This document shows positions 9,715 through 21,670 of a stretch of DNA of 64,000 bases, one piece after another. The notes beneath the pieces were generated by a model. The model worked only from the letters and a program-made list of their open reading frames with translations. It ran no database searches and was not told where the DNA came from. The stretch's first letter is position 1. Every line of letters begins with the position of its first letter. This DNA comes from Squalus acanthias (Eukaryota): NCBI GenBank assembly GCA_030390025.1, contig CM059438.1, positions 70,124,001-70,188,000 on the forward strand, given 5' to 3'. Both the position numbers and the translations under genes were made by a program.

Positions 9715-10935
9715 ATCGTAGAGGTTTACAGCAGAGAAGGAAGCCATTTCACCCATTGGACAGAATTTTAATTTGGAGGCAGGCGGGGTGGGGGGGCGGT
9801 GGCTTGAAAGCGGTTGGGAAACCCGGGAGAACAGGTTAACAATTCAAAGCTCTGTTTCCTGCCCGCAGCCAGCCAGATTGAGAGGCTGGCTGGCTGTCAG
9901 GTGGGTAGATGTGCGATGTTAGGCCACAGAGAGGAGGGAGGGATCGGGGGGCGCGGGCGGTGGACGGAGGATCGGGGCCAGAGAGGGATCAGTGGGGTGG
10001 TCGGAGGCCAGAGGAGGATCGAGGGAGGCGGGTCAGGGCTGGAGCGGGGAGGCCGGGAAGGCGATCGGGGGCCGGAGGGGGGAAGCTCAGAATGCCAGGG
10101 GGAGGTCGGAGGCTGGAGGGGAGATCAGAGACCAGAGGGGGAGGTCAGGGGCCGGAGGGAGTATTGAGGGGCTGAGGATCGAAGGCTGGAGGATGATCGT
10201 AAGCTTCGGGGGGGAGGTCGGGTGGGTGGGATCGGAGGCCTCTTGTGGGGAGGTCGGGGTGGGGGGCGATTGGAAGGGTTGGGGGGGTGTTCAATCGTGG
10301 GAGGTGGGTGAGGCAGGGACGCTGGATCCAGCAGGTAAGTGGAAAGGCACTTACTTCCTGGATCTAGCGGTCCACCTCCCTTTAGCTGGCAGGATCCCTG
10401 AGGCCAGGGAAACCCGCTCGCCCACAGTTAAATTGAAATGGTGGAGCACCATGAGCACGGCAGCCTAATTTTAATATTTAAATGAACAACCCGCTTCCTG
10501 GGAACGGGTTGGCTGTCCCGCCCCCTGTCCCACTTCCGTTAAAACCGGAAGTGGGCGGATTGGAGGCGAGCTGGGGTTCAGGATTCAGTTCCCTACCTCT
10601 TTAACCTCCCACCCCTCCCCAACCCACCCGTTTTTTGGGGTTGAAATTCCCCCCATTGTGTCTGTGTTGGCTCTTTGAAATAGCAATTCAGAATTAATTC
10701 CATTGTCCTGATCGCCCCACCCCCCAACTTCACCCCCATCACCCACAGAGCCCTGTAACTTGCTCTGCTTCTCTTCCCTTAAAAGATACAATGGTCCCTG
10801 TTTCAGCGAGTCCCTGTGACAAATTATTCCATGCTCTAACAACTCTCTGCAAAAAAGATACTTCTCTTAACCTCTCTCCTCGCTCTTTTAATGACCATTT
10901 CCAATTGATGGCCCTCGGCACCGGCTTCCCAAACA
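9715..10935 (-). mobile_element. Degenerate CR1 3' end split by a MITE at 9758-10654
   Basis: CR1-type 3' UTR start at ~9715-9757 resumes at 10655; FLQRVVRAWNNL motif on the minus strand. Confidence 0.6.
9758..10654. mobile_element. Non-autonomous DNA transposon (PIF/Harbinger-like MITE) with G-rich degenerate repeat core
   Basis: Imperfect TIRs ggacagaattttaa / ttgaaattcccccc; 3-bp TSD ATT; interrupts a CR1 tail. Confidence 0.7.
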
Positions 10936-11076
10936 TGTCATTTTAAACAGGCACAATGGTGCTAAACTTTACTCTTCCATAATGCACAAGACACAAATAC
11001 CCAAGACTAACTGCAGAGGCTCTAAATGGATGAATTGTGCTTCATAATAATTTCCATCCTGTTTTTCCTCAAGTGA

Positions 11077-11500
11077 GTCGTGGCTCAGTGGGTAGCACTC
11101 CAGAGACTTGAGCACAAAAATTTAGGCTGACACTCCAGTGCAGTACTGAATCAGTGCTGCACTGTCAGAGGTGCCGTCTTTCGGATGAGACGTTAAACCG
11201 AGGCCCCGTCTGCTCTCTCAGGTGGACCTAAAAGATCCCATGGCACTATTTTGAAGAAGAGCAAGGGAGGTCTCCCTGGTGTCCTGGCCAATATGTATCC
11301 CTCAATCAACATAACATTAAAAAAAAATCTGGTCATTATCATATTGCTGTTTGTGGGAGCTTGCTGTGCGCAATTGGCTGCCGTGTTTCCTACATTACAA
11401 CAGTGACTACACTTCAAAAGTACTTAATTGGCTGTAAAGCACTTTGGGACATCCTGAGGTCGTGAAAGGTGCTATATAAATGCAAGTCTGTCTGTTCTTT
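11077..11500 (+). mobile_element. DeuSINE-type SINE
   Basis: tRNA-like head gtggctcagtgggtagcactc, Deu-like core, L2-like tail ggtgctatataaatgcaagtc. Confidence 0.85.
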
Positions 11501-12211
11501 CTTCTTTGTCTTTTCTCTCTCTCTACACTAGTGGTGCACAAATTGGTTGAGTCCTCCAGTCCTTTTCTCCTTGGATCTCTAAAGGTTTCAAGAGGTCTGA
11601 GAAAACAAATAATTGGCAAACTTAGTTTCTTGCTTTTACTTCTTCTGCATTCCTCTACCATACACAGCAGATAATAGGAAACTCTGCAGGTTATCTCTAA
11701 CGAACCGTTTCCGTCAATTGACAGGGTATTGTTTTATGTATCGGGAAGTTAACAGATGATGGCAAGGTATTAGTTATGCAGAGCAGTTGTAGAGCTCAGA
11801 ACAATTCTCTCAAGTCGACCCGAACAAAATGTAATTATGTACCAACTCACTACACGTTGGAGTTTGCCGAAAAGATGTAACAAACAGCAGAACCGACACC
11901 CACTCTGCATTGTGAGGCACTGTTAAGAGGCTGAGCTGCATATGGCTGTAAATTGATTATTTTAGTATTTAATCAATTTCACTGACAATTTAAATATTAA
12001 TAAACTTACATTATTCTGTATGAAAGACTCGAAATTCATGAGCACTGCACGCCTTGTTTGAAGGTGTTTCTCCCAAGTAACTAAATGACAGTCACCTGAG
12101 GTGGTACTGTGTTCTCCCCTTGGGCACTTCTAGCATGGAGTTTAAAATGGTCAAACATGGAACTTGTTCAATGATAAGTCCACACACGTAAAATGTTGGA
12201 TTGATTTTTAT

Positions 12212-12346
12212 TTGTCTGCTGCATTTCCTACATTTATAACAGTGACTACATTTTGAAAAGTACTTAATTGGCTGTAAAGCATTTTGGGATGTCCTGAGGC
12301 CTTGGAAGGCACTATATGAATGCAAGACTTTTCTTTCTTTCTCTTT
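12212..12346 (+). mobile_element. DeuSINE 3' tail fragment
   Basis: Matches ~11380-11490; its pyrimidine tail hosts the next CR1 insertion. Confidence 0.7.
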
Positions 12347-12808
12347 CATAGAATCATAGAAACATAGAAGATAGGAGCAGGAGTAGGCCATTTGGCCCCT
12401 CGAGCCTGCTCCGCCATTCAATGCGATCATGGCTGATCATCCAAATTCAGTACCCTGTCCCTGCTTTCTCCCCATATCCCTTGGTCCCTTTAGCCTTAAG
12501 AAATATATCCAACTCCTTCTTGAATCTATTTAATGAATTGGCCTCTACTGCCTTCTGTGGCAGAGAATTCCACAGGTTCACCACTCTCTGGGTGAAGAAA
12601 TTCCTGCTCATTTCTGTCCTAAATGGCTTACCCCTTATCCTTAGACTGTGACCCCTGGTTCTGGACTCCCCGACCATCGGGAACATCCTTCCTGCATCTA
12701 GTTTGTCCTGTCCTGTCAGAATTTTATAAGTTTCAATGAGATCCCCTCTCATTCTTCTAAACTCCAGCGAGTATAAGCCCAATCGACCCAATCTCTCTTC
12801 ATACGTCA
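12347..12808 (-). mobile_element. CR1 LINE 3' fragment
   Basis: YEERLGRLGLYSLEFRRMRGDLIETYKI, TRGHSLRI, FFTQRVVNLWNSLP; (TTCTATG)-type tail. Confidence 0.92.
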
Positions 12809-13400
12809 TTTCTTCTTTCTTGCTTTCTTTAATGTCAAATATCGCTTCAGGGATTGTGAAAAAAGTAGCAATACCCATTGAATAAGTAAGGACTATTTCA
12901 TGGGTAACATGTGAAAATCTTATAGCTGAAAAGCAAGGCCACTCATTTACACTTTGCATGGAAGACTGGACAGAATTTGGCATGGGGTAAGTGGGCACCA
13001 AAGATGTGCTCCAAATGTCCATGCACATGAGGTGCTCTCCCGCTTAAACTGAAAACTGCAGCAAGGGTCCGTGCTAGGCGACACCAGCAGGCGTGATCCC
13101 CTGATTGCCACAAAATTGAATCGTGGGGCCAATTTGTCGAATGTGCATTTCCTGTCCGTCAATTTTTTCTGTCACATTTCAAGTGTCACATTTCAAAATA
13201 AGGTATAAAGGAGCAAAGGAGCTCTCTGGGAAACAGCTGGAATTCTGGAGTCTCTTTATTAACATTTGAATGAATGAACTCAGCGTTTACTAAACAGCAC
13301 CAGCTCCTGATTTGACCTCTATATAAACCCAATGTTTATTTAACAACACTGGAGACTCTTGGGCCTCAAAGGGATACCCACCTATACCTTACATGATATC

Positions 13401-14096
13401 GGGCCGTATTTTCTACGAACTTACCTGAGGGCTCCCGAGGTGCGCACAATTCCGATGCTGGGCCTCTCCAAACTCCAAATGCGCAGGGCCCACGTATCCC
13501 AGAGGCGCAGGCAGTTTGCAAGCGTCCCTGGGATCACGTGGGTCGTGGGGAGCCAATAGAAGAAGGGAATCTCCCTTCATACAATTGACAGATAGACCTG
13601 TCAAATATATGAATGGAGATCACCCCAAAAACAAAGTAAAACTTTAAATACATTTTTTTTAAAAACACCTTTTTAAAATTAGTTGAAATTACAATAAATT
13701 AAATATTTTAAACAAAAATAATTTTTAAAAGAATTAAAGTTTTTTATGGGGCTAAAAATAAACTTACCTTTTTTTAAAAAGTATTTTTAAATGATAAATG
13801 AGTGGAAAAATTTTTTTTAAACTTTTTTCAACTCTTATCCTGGTAAAAGCAGGCCTTACACCTGCTTTTACCAGGCGTAAGAATTCTAAGGGTTATCTGT
13901 GGGCGGAGTGTCTCCAGAAAGCGGAACTCTCTGCCCGCGGAGGCCCTTCTCCAGGGCAGGCGTCCGATCTGTCGAGAGCATTCTTGACAGATCGGAAATG
14001 CTGGTTTTCAGCGCATGTGCTGTGCATGCCTGAAACCGGCATTTCCGATGTCCCTACGGGTGCGTACACACCCGTAGGCATCAGAATATCCACCCC
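13401..14096. mobile_element. Hairpin-array MITE (PIF/Harbinger-like), copy 1
   Basis: Imperfect TIRs, TSD ATC, GC-rich arms and AT-rich centre; homologous to copies at 24.2, 30.8 and 57.8 kb. Confidence 0.8.
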
Positions 14097-14512
14097 ATCA
14101 TGTTTCTGAACTTCTAAAACAGTGCATTCTCTGACTTCACGTGAACAGTGCGTGGGAGATTTGCTAATAACATTATAAAAACCCAGGAACTGAAAATCCA
14201 TGGCCAAGTATCCTGGGGTAAAAGTGGGCACTGATGACCCCTGCCACTGACTCCGGCAATGTTTAGATGTTCAGCGGTGGGGGGGGTCACATTATTCCTC
14301 ACCCAAAAGATGGAAGAGCTTTTGTGCGGGATATGCATTCTGCAACAAAACCTGCACGGTTCACCATGCCATGGATGTAATTTAATGGCAATAAGAACTT
14401 ATTGAATATCTTTAGGTCCATTAAGAACTTTTCTGACAAACAAAAAGTCCCACATGTCCTTTCCGAATTAACCATCTTTTGCACCTTTGTTTTCAGACGC
14501 CTTTGTCATCAC

Positions 14513-15500
14513 ATTGGAACAGGAGTAGGCTATTCAGGCCCTCGAGCCTGTTCCACTATTCAGTTAGATCATGGCTGATCTGTACCTCAACTCCATTTAC
14601 CCGCCTTTGCTCCATATCCCTTACCTGTTAAAAATCTATTGATCTCAGTCTTGAAAATTTCAGTTGGTCCAGCATCCACAGCCTTTTGAGGAAGATAGTG
14701 CCAGATTTTCACTACCCTTTGTGCGAATGCTTCCTGATTTCAGTCCAAAATGCCCCCTAGCTCTAATTTTAAGGTTGTGCCCCTTTGTTCTTGATACCCC
14801 CATCAGAGGAAATATCTTTTCTGTATCTACTCCATCAAATCCCTTTATAATTTAAAAAACCTCAATTAGATCACCCCTCAGTCGTCAAAACTCATGGGAA
14901 TACAAACCAATTTTATGCAACCTTTCCTCATAATTTAACCCTTTAAGCCTGGTATCATTCTGATGAATCTGTGCTGTGCCCCTTCCAAAGCCAACATATA
15001 TTTCCTGAGGTTCGGTGCCCAGAACTGAACACAATACTCCAGATGGGGTCTGACCAAGGCTCTGTACAACGGAAGCATAACTTCCTCATTTTTATATTCC
15101 AACCCCCTTGAGCTAAAGGCCAACATTCCATTAACCTTGTTGATTACTTATTGTACCTGTGCACTAACTTTTAATGATTTGCGTACATGGACACCTAATC
15201 ACTGTGCTCCTCCACAGCTCCTTGTCTCTCGCAATGAAGAAAATAATCTGATTTGTCTTTCTCAGATGGAAAGTGAATGACCTCACACATCCCCACATTG
15301 AACTATGTCTGCTGTAGTTTTTTCCACTCACTTAGTCTGTTTATGTACATTTGTAACTTCCTGCTCCCATCAACACAACATGCTATGCCTCCTTAGTATC
15401 ATCTGCAAACTTGGATATCAAGCTCTCTATTCCTTCATCCAAGTCATTAATATATTTGGTGAAAAACTGAGGCCCCAGCACAAATCCCTGGGGAACACCA
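14513..15500 (-). mobile_element. CR1 LINE 3' fragment with internal deletions
   Basis: LYRALVRPHLEYCVQFWAP motif; GVPxDLCWG/LDSKFADDT-like remnants; CR1 3' UTR. Confidence 0.88.
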
Positions 15501-17082
15501 TTCAGCCATTTTGTTTGTTAAAAAGTTTATTGCAGATTATCTATAATCACATAGATCGCCATAACTTACAGCATCCACTGAATTCTGACTGCTTTGGAGC
15601 TGTAATAGATTACACAGACAACTTCTCCATATGCAGCAATCTGCCTAATAACCTTGGTTCAGTGAACATTAATTAGGCTGCCATTTCGCAAAGCATTGTC
15701 ATTATGCTTTGTCTAAAATTTGTTGGAGTCAATTGACATTTTAGCTCGCAGGTAATTGTTTAAAAGTTTTCAAATCTGAGCCGAAAAGAGTGTTCAAACC
15801 TGTTCACAGAAAAATTATATTCCATGTAAGGCAACCAACCTACGTGCTGAATCATCTGAGTAAATAACACACCTGACACCAGTCGGGACGTTTAAAAGAT
15901 TACTGAAGTCTTGACACTACTGAATCTTTATTACGTTCAGGTTCTGCACTGAGCCCTATTCTTGATTACTTTGACAATTCAGAACAAAATTGGGGTTGAC
16001 AGGGTTGACAGTCGGGACCTATAAATGATTGGCTTGCTGCTGTGCTGTTGAAAAGAGTGTATTTGGGTGAGGGAGGAGAAACCTATCTCCGATTTTGATC
16101 AAAAACAACTTCATCTTCCAGTATTAATTTATATTTTTATTGTGAGGATTTGGCATGATCCTACAAAGGCATGGGCAGCAAATGTTAGGCGAAGTAATTG
16201 TTACATGCATGATAACACCATCTGGAATGTCATGGGGTTGAGTTATCATAATTAACCAATAGGGCAAACCATGAGCAGCTTATTAATATCATCTCATTCT
16301 GCTCAGCTCACTACAGAGTGATTTATCCTTCTATATATAGGAATCTCTTCTTTTTTTTTCTTTGCAATGCCTTAGCATGCGTGAGTACCAGAAATTCAAA
16401 TGGATGGTAGCCTCCAGTTGGCATATCACGGTCGCAAAATTGTAATGAAGGGGAGTGTGAAAGTAGGGCACATTAATTGCCCGGGGGCTGGGATTTAAGG
16501 TGATCCTTCCATGTTGCACTCAGGTAAGTTTTCCGATGGAAATGGTGACTGGATTAAAATGCACCCCCGCATCACCTGTCCTAAATCCTGTCAATTCCAC
16601 CTATGTAATGAATGCCTGTATTTAACAGGCATTTCTGCCAGGACCTGATCACACAGTCAGAAGTACTTTCTTAAAGAGGATCTGAAAAGGCTAAAATAAT
16701 CCAAAAGCTTTTGTTGCTGGAACTTCTCTTTGCCTTGGTGTTTATGGATTTTCTTTTGTGTGGCAGGTGGCTGTACCTTGCGAGCTTCAGAGTCCATATT
16801 GCAGTATTTTGGGAGAATCTATTTCCACTGAGGAAGATCCCGAAACCCCTGAGAGGGAGTGTACTTGATATCCTCTAAGCCCCCCTGAAATCTTGCTCTG
16901 GGAAAATCAGAATCTGGTAGTTATTAATCTCTCCATTTAGTCTCCCAAGGTCTTCAAGCCATTAGTAAGTGCTTCCATGTTGGAGGCATTCAGTGACCTG
17001 GAGGCCTCCCTGTTGTGAAGCACAGATTCAAATGTTTTTGCAATGCCACTGGTTTCAGAAGGTACTGCATTGAAGAGTATTT

Positions 17083-17186
17083 AAGAACATAAGAACATAA
17101 GAAATAGGAGCAGGAGTAGGCCAACTGGCCCCTTGAGCCTGCTCCGCCATTCAATAAGATCATGGCTGATCTGATCCTAACCGCCA
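17083..17186 (-). mobile_element. CR1 extreme 3' end
   Basis: taagaacataagaaataggagcaggagtaggcc...; near-identical to 37372-37470. Confidence 0.8.
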
Positions 17187-17429
17187 TTGTTTGATGTTGC
17201 CATAGAGGACAGATTTGGACTCGTGTGTGAGATAGAATGCAGAGCCTCCACCTATGTGTGATGCTCCGCTCGCATCGTTCTCTCTGTTGCACACTCCCTG
17301 AGATCATTGTCTACATGCTGTGGAGCCAGGGGCTGATTTTTCCTGACCCATCACTCGGGAACTTCAGGTTCCAATTCCACTCTCTCATCCTCCAGCTTCC
17401 TTACGTTCTATGACTCACACAGTGACCAT

Positions 17430-17727
17430 TGAGAACATAAGAATTAGGAGCAGGAGTAGGCCATATGGCCCTTCGAACCTGCTCCACCATTCAATAAGAT
17501 CATGGCTGAACTTCGACCTCAACCCCACTTTCCCCGCCAGATCCACATATCCCTCGATTCCCCGAGAGTCCAAAAATCTATCTATCTCAGCCTTGAATAT
17601 ACTCAACGACTCAGCATCCACAGCCTTTTGGGGAAGAGAATTCCAAAGATTCATAACCCTCTGAGTGAAGAAATTCCTCCCCATCTCAGTCTTAATGGCA
17701 GACCCCTTATCCTGAAGCTATGCCCCA
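17430..17727 (-). mobile_element. CR1 LINE 3' fragment
   Basis: RNFFTQRVMNLWNSLPQKAV..FKAEIDRFL. Confidence 0.88.
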
Positions 17728-17921
17728 TCTATATTATTCTAATTCCCCCTCAGTGACTCTGGGCTGATGAGTGCTGGTGATAGGGTGAGTGATGAAAAAT
17801 GGGATTTTCTTGTGGCAGTTCCTGACGTTCAGAATACAAGTAGCTCATTCTCTGGGCCGCCTTGCAGTGCTTTACATCTTGTCATTCTGTGGAGATACGA
17901 AGAATCACATAAGGTTATTGC

Positions 17922-18455
17922 ATTAGACCTCAGCTGGAGTATTGTGTCCAATTCGGGGCACCACATTTCAGGAAGAATGTCAAGGCCTTGGAAAGGGTAC
18001 AGAGAAGATTCATGAGAATGATACCAGGGATGAGAGACTTCAGTTATGTGGAGAGACTAGAGAAGCTGGGATTGTTCTCCTAAGAGCAGATAAAGTTAAG
18101 GGGCGATTTAATAGAGATGCTCAAAATTCAAAAGGGTTTTGATAGAGTAAATAAGGAGAAACTGTTACCACTGGCAGGAGGATAGGTAACCAGAGGACAC
18201 GGATTTAAGATAATTGGCAAAAGAACCAGAGGGGAGATGAAGAGAATTTTTTTTTGCGCAGTGAGTTGTGCCTGTAAGGGTGATAGAAGCAGATTCGACA
18301 ATAACTTTCAGAAGTGAATTGGATATATACTTGAAAAGGAAACATTTGCAGGGCTAAGCGGAAAGAGCAGGGGAGTGGGACTAATTGGATAGCTCTTTTA
18401 AATAGTTGGCAGAGGCACGGCGGGCCGAATGGCCTTCTTTTGTGCTCTATGATTC
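17922..18455 (+). mobile_element. CR1 LINE 3' fragment
   Basis: RPQLEYCVQF, YVERLEKLGLFS, TRGHGFKI; 3' UTR gggccgaatggcc. Confidence 0.85.
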
Positions 18456-18594
18456 ATTTCCTTTTTAGTTCCTTTTCGGCTTTGCACACAATAAAAGAAA
18501 GAGATATGTTACACGCGAAGTTGGTTTTAATTGCAACATATTCTTATGCTCTTAAAGCATCCACTTCAGCTGCAAGGCCTGCAACTTTTTTTGA

Positions 18595-19120
18595 ATTTGT
18601 TAATGGGATGTGGGCGTCGCTGGCAAGGCCAGCATTTATTGCCCATCCCTAATTGCCCTTGAGAAGGTGGTGGTGAGCCGCCTTCTTGAACCGCTGCAGT
18701 CCGTGTGGTGAAGGTACTCCCACAGTGCTGTTAGGGAGGGAGTTCCAGGATTTTGACCCAGCGACGATGAAGGATCGGCGATATACTTCTAAGTCAGGAT
18801 GGTGTGTGACTTGGAGGGGAACTTGGAGGTGGTGGTGTTCCCATGCGCCTGCTGCCCTTGCCCTTCTAGGTGGAAGAGTTCGCGGGTTTGGGAGTTGCTG
18901 CCGAAGAAGCCTTGGCGAGTTGCTGCAGTGCATCTTGTGGATGGTACACACTGCAGCCACGGTACGCCGGTGGTGGAGGGAGTGAATGTTTAAGGTGGTG
19001 GATGGGGTGCCAATCAAGCAGGCTGCTTTGTCCTGGATGGTGTCGAGCTTCTTGACTGTTGTTGGAGCTGCACTCATCCAGGCAAGTGGAGAGTATTCCT
19101 TCACACTCCTTACTTGTGCT
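18595..19120 (-). mobile_element. CR1-group LINE, second family, 3' fragment
   Basis: EYSPLAWMSAAPTT.KKLDTIQDKAA..WNSLPNS; same family as 50.4-52.9 kb. Confidence 0.85.
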
Positions 19121-19303
19121 TAGGGTGGAAATGACTTTTGGTGACACCAAAGAATGCTTAACCCACTCATATCTCTGCCATTTTATCAGAGCTGTTAACC
19201 TATGTATTTTAAGCACAGTAATGACTCTGTTGATATAGTAGAGAGAGGAATCTGATACAAGTGTGTTTAGAGTAAATATGACAACATTACTGAGGGTCAT
19301 TTC

Positions 19304-21058
19304 GGGGGGAATTTTTCGGGGGTCAGTGGCGGTGGGTCGGATGGGAAAATGTATTTTTTGACAGCGAGTCGGGAACCCGCTGTCAACGCGTCGCCACGTG
19401 ACTTTCCCAGATGTCTGGTCTGTCAGGGCTGAACAGATCCGACACGCAGCGGCGGGGGAGGCAATTCAGGAGGAAATTTAAGACCTTGTTAACAGCCCAT
19501 TAAAAAGTATTTTGAGCTCACCGTACCATTTTACGAGGTCGCCCATGGGGTTCACGCTGCCCGGGGATCACGTCAGGTAAGGAGGTTGGGAGTTGTATGA
19601 CTATGGTATCAGCTCATTACTTGACAGCTGCAAATGTGCTATAAAAGCTCCCATCTGACAGCTGTTCACTTTCCAAGCTCAGAGGCTGTTGCTTATTGCA
19701 TTTGGAAGACAGATTGAGCTTTATGCAGGTTGCAAGTGTTTGGAGCAAACTTTCTTTCCAGTGTTACCTCATTGGAACAACCTCTCTCACCACTGACAGA
19801 ACGCTTCTGTCATCTCAAATTCACGTGCCATCTATTACATCAGCATCGGTGCCCTTGAAACTATCTCACCTTGGTCCTCAGAATCCCACCACAATCAGCC
19901 CCGACACCAGCAGCACCATCCTTCTCCGCAATCAACTGATGCTGCACAGGACACGGCACCCAACCACATTGCTGCCCGGGAGGCCAGCGATGGTCTCACC
20001 ATGGCCAGATTTACTTAACTTGATGCTGTACACCCTGGCTGCCACATAATGCGCCAGGTTGGCACCACTCCACACCAACACCATAAAGCATCCCAACAAT
20101 GCCCAAGCCATTCCTTTCACACTCATCAGCATTGTGGGGGGTACCATTATGTCTCACCATTCACTGCAACTCACTCAGCCACTTCCAAAGGTGCACACAA
20201 ATCTGTCCAAGAACGCAAAGAGTTGAAAATAAAGATTTCAATGTTTGACACCACATTAACGGAAACTTTACATGAACATTGGCTAAAACACCCAAGTGGC
20301 TACCCTTGTGTGTTAGTTGGTATGATTGGACTAGGATGAGGGTGATTGTGAGGGGTGGCTATTGAGATGGGGAAGTGATAATTTAGATAGAGAGGAATGG
20401 GTGGAGCTGCAAGGTAAGTTGGTGTGAGTAAGGATGTGCAGGAGTAGGGTAGGGAAGGCAGAGTGATGGGGATGTGTTGAGAGGCACAGCAGGATGAGGT
20501 TGAGTATGGCTTTGCAGTAACGTTTTGTGATCATCTGAGATCACTGAAAGGTTTGTGCCACTGCAGCCTGGTTTGTGCCACTGCAGCCTGGTCCTCCTGA
20601 TGACATCCCTGCTTGTGCCCTCCTGTGCAATGTGCAACCAGCTGCATTGGTCTCACAGGGAGGCGTCTTCCGCCCATTGGAAGGGAAGAAAAGCTCCCTG
20701 CGTGCTGTGACTTCCTCTATACGCATATGGAGGGAGTTGTGGGAGAGCCTGGGTGCAGCCGTGCACCTTTGTGCAGTGCTTGTCAGTGTTTGCAGCACCT
20801 CAATGCTGCAGAACACTGACAGCACAACTGTCAAAATTAATTTGCACATGGCCCCTTTAAGGAAACCAGCTGATGACGTGTCATCAAATGACGTCATCAG
20901 ACCCGCTTCCTTCAATTGGCCGGCAAACACGCTGGGCGGGCTTAACAAGCCCAATCAACGTAAAACTATTCTAGAGCAGGCTAGAGCCAGCAGCAGGGTC
21001 GGGACCCGCCACCGACGTCGCCCGCACCGGACCCGCCGAGGTAGGGGAAATCGCGGCC
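19304..21058. mobile_element. Internally deleted PIF/Harbinger transposon
   Basis: 3-bp TSD TTC (19301-19303, 21059-21061), GC-rich subterminal arms, Myb/SANT-like remnant on the minus strand. Confidence 0.75.
20535..20765 (-). pseudogene. Myb/SANT-like DNA-binding domain of Harbinger accessory protein (decayed)
   Basis: AAPRLSHNSL..IEEVTARRELFFPSNGRK...LQWHKPFSDL resembles the APRF...QCRKRFNDL pattern; 20-bp tandem duplication at 20551-20590 and frameshifts. Confidence 0.7.
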
Positions 21059-21670
21059 TTCGACTCAGTACTCCAAAGAAACTGCCAACTGCATTTTCCA
21101 AAAGGAACCAGCTGAAGATGCTCAGTGGTTACAAAAATAACTTCCAATCAAATCCTTTGAGCCATTTGTGAACAGAGAAAATAAAAATGAAGAGATTTTT
21201 GAAGTTCACTTTTAAAAATGAGAAGCTCAAAAATAATTGGGTCACTTGAAAGATGAGAAGTTGGCCTGACTCTGTTGTCAAGATGTTCTGCTACAAAATA
21301 GTGACGTGTAGGTTTGATTTTTTACTGCAGCTTTCAAATTTTAATTTACAGGGTATTAGTCCATTAATCTTTCTGCCGCTGGAAGAAGAGAGATTTCTGT
21401 TTCAATGGTGTTTGCCCGAGCTGTCTTCTCATCAATCTGTTTGCTTGTGCTGAATACTAACCTGAATTCATCAGAAATAAAGCACCCAAGTGATTTTGCA
21501 ATTTGCTGCCTGTGCATCCATAATCTTTATATAAGATACCTAACTCATGATACTAGACTTTCAGGGTAAAGATTCCCTGAGAGATTGTCAGGTTGAAATG
21601 TATCGTCTTAAGATTCAGAGGATATCTGAACTTTGCTTCTTCAATACTGTGAACAACGATGATATTCAGG

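Noticed and set aside
9814..10468. Gly/Arg-rich ORFs in three frames
   Set aside because: Caused by G-rich low-complexity sequence lacking stop codons.
20575..21171. 198-aa plus-strand ORF
   Set aside because: Antisense to the Myb remnant and runs through a GC-rich transposon end; no domain signal.
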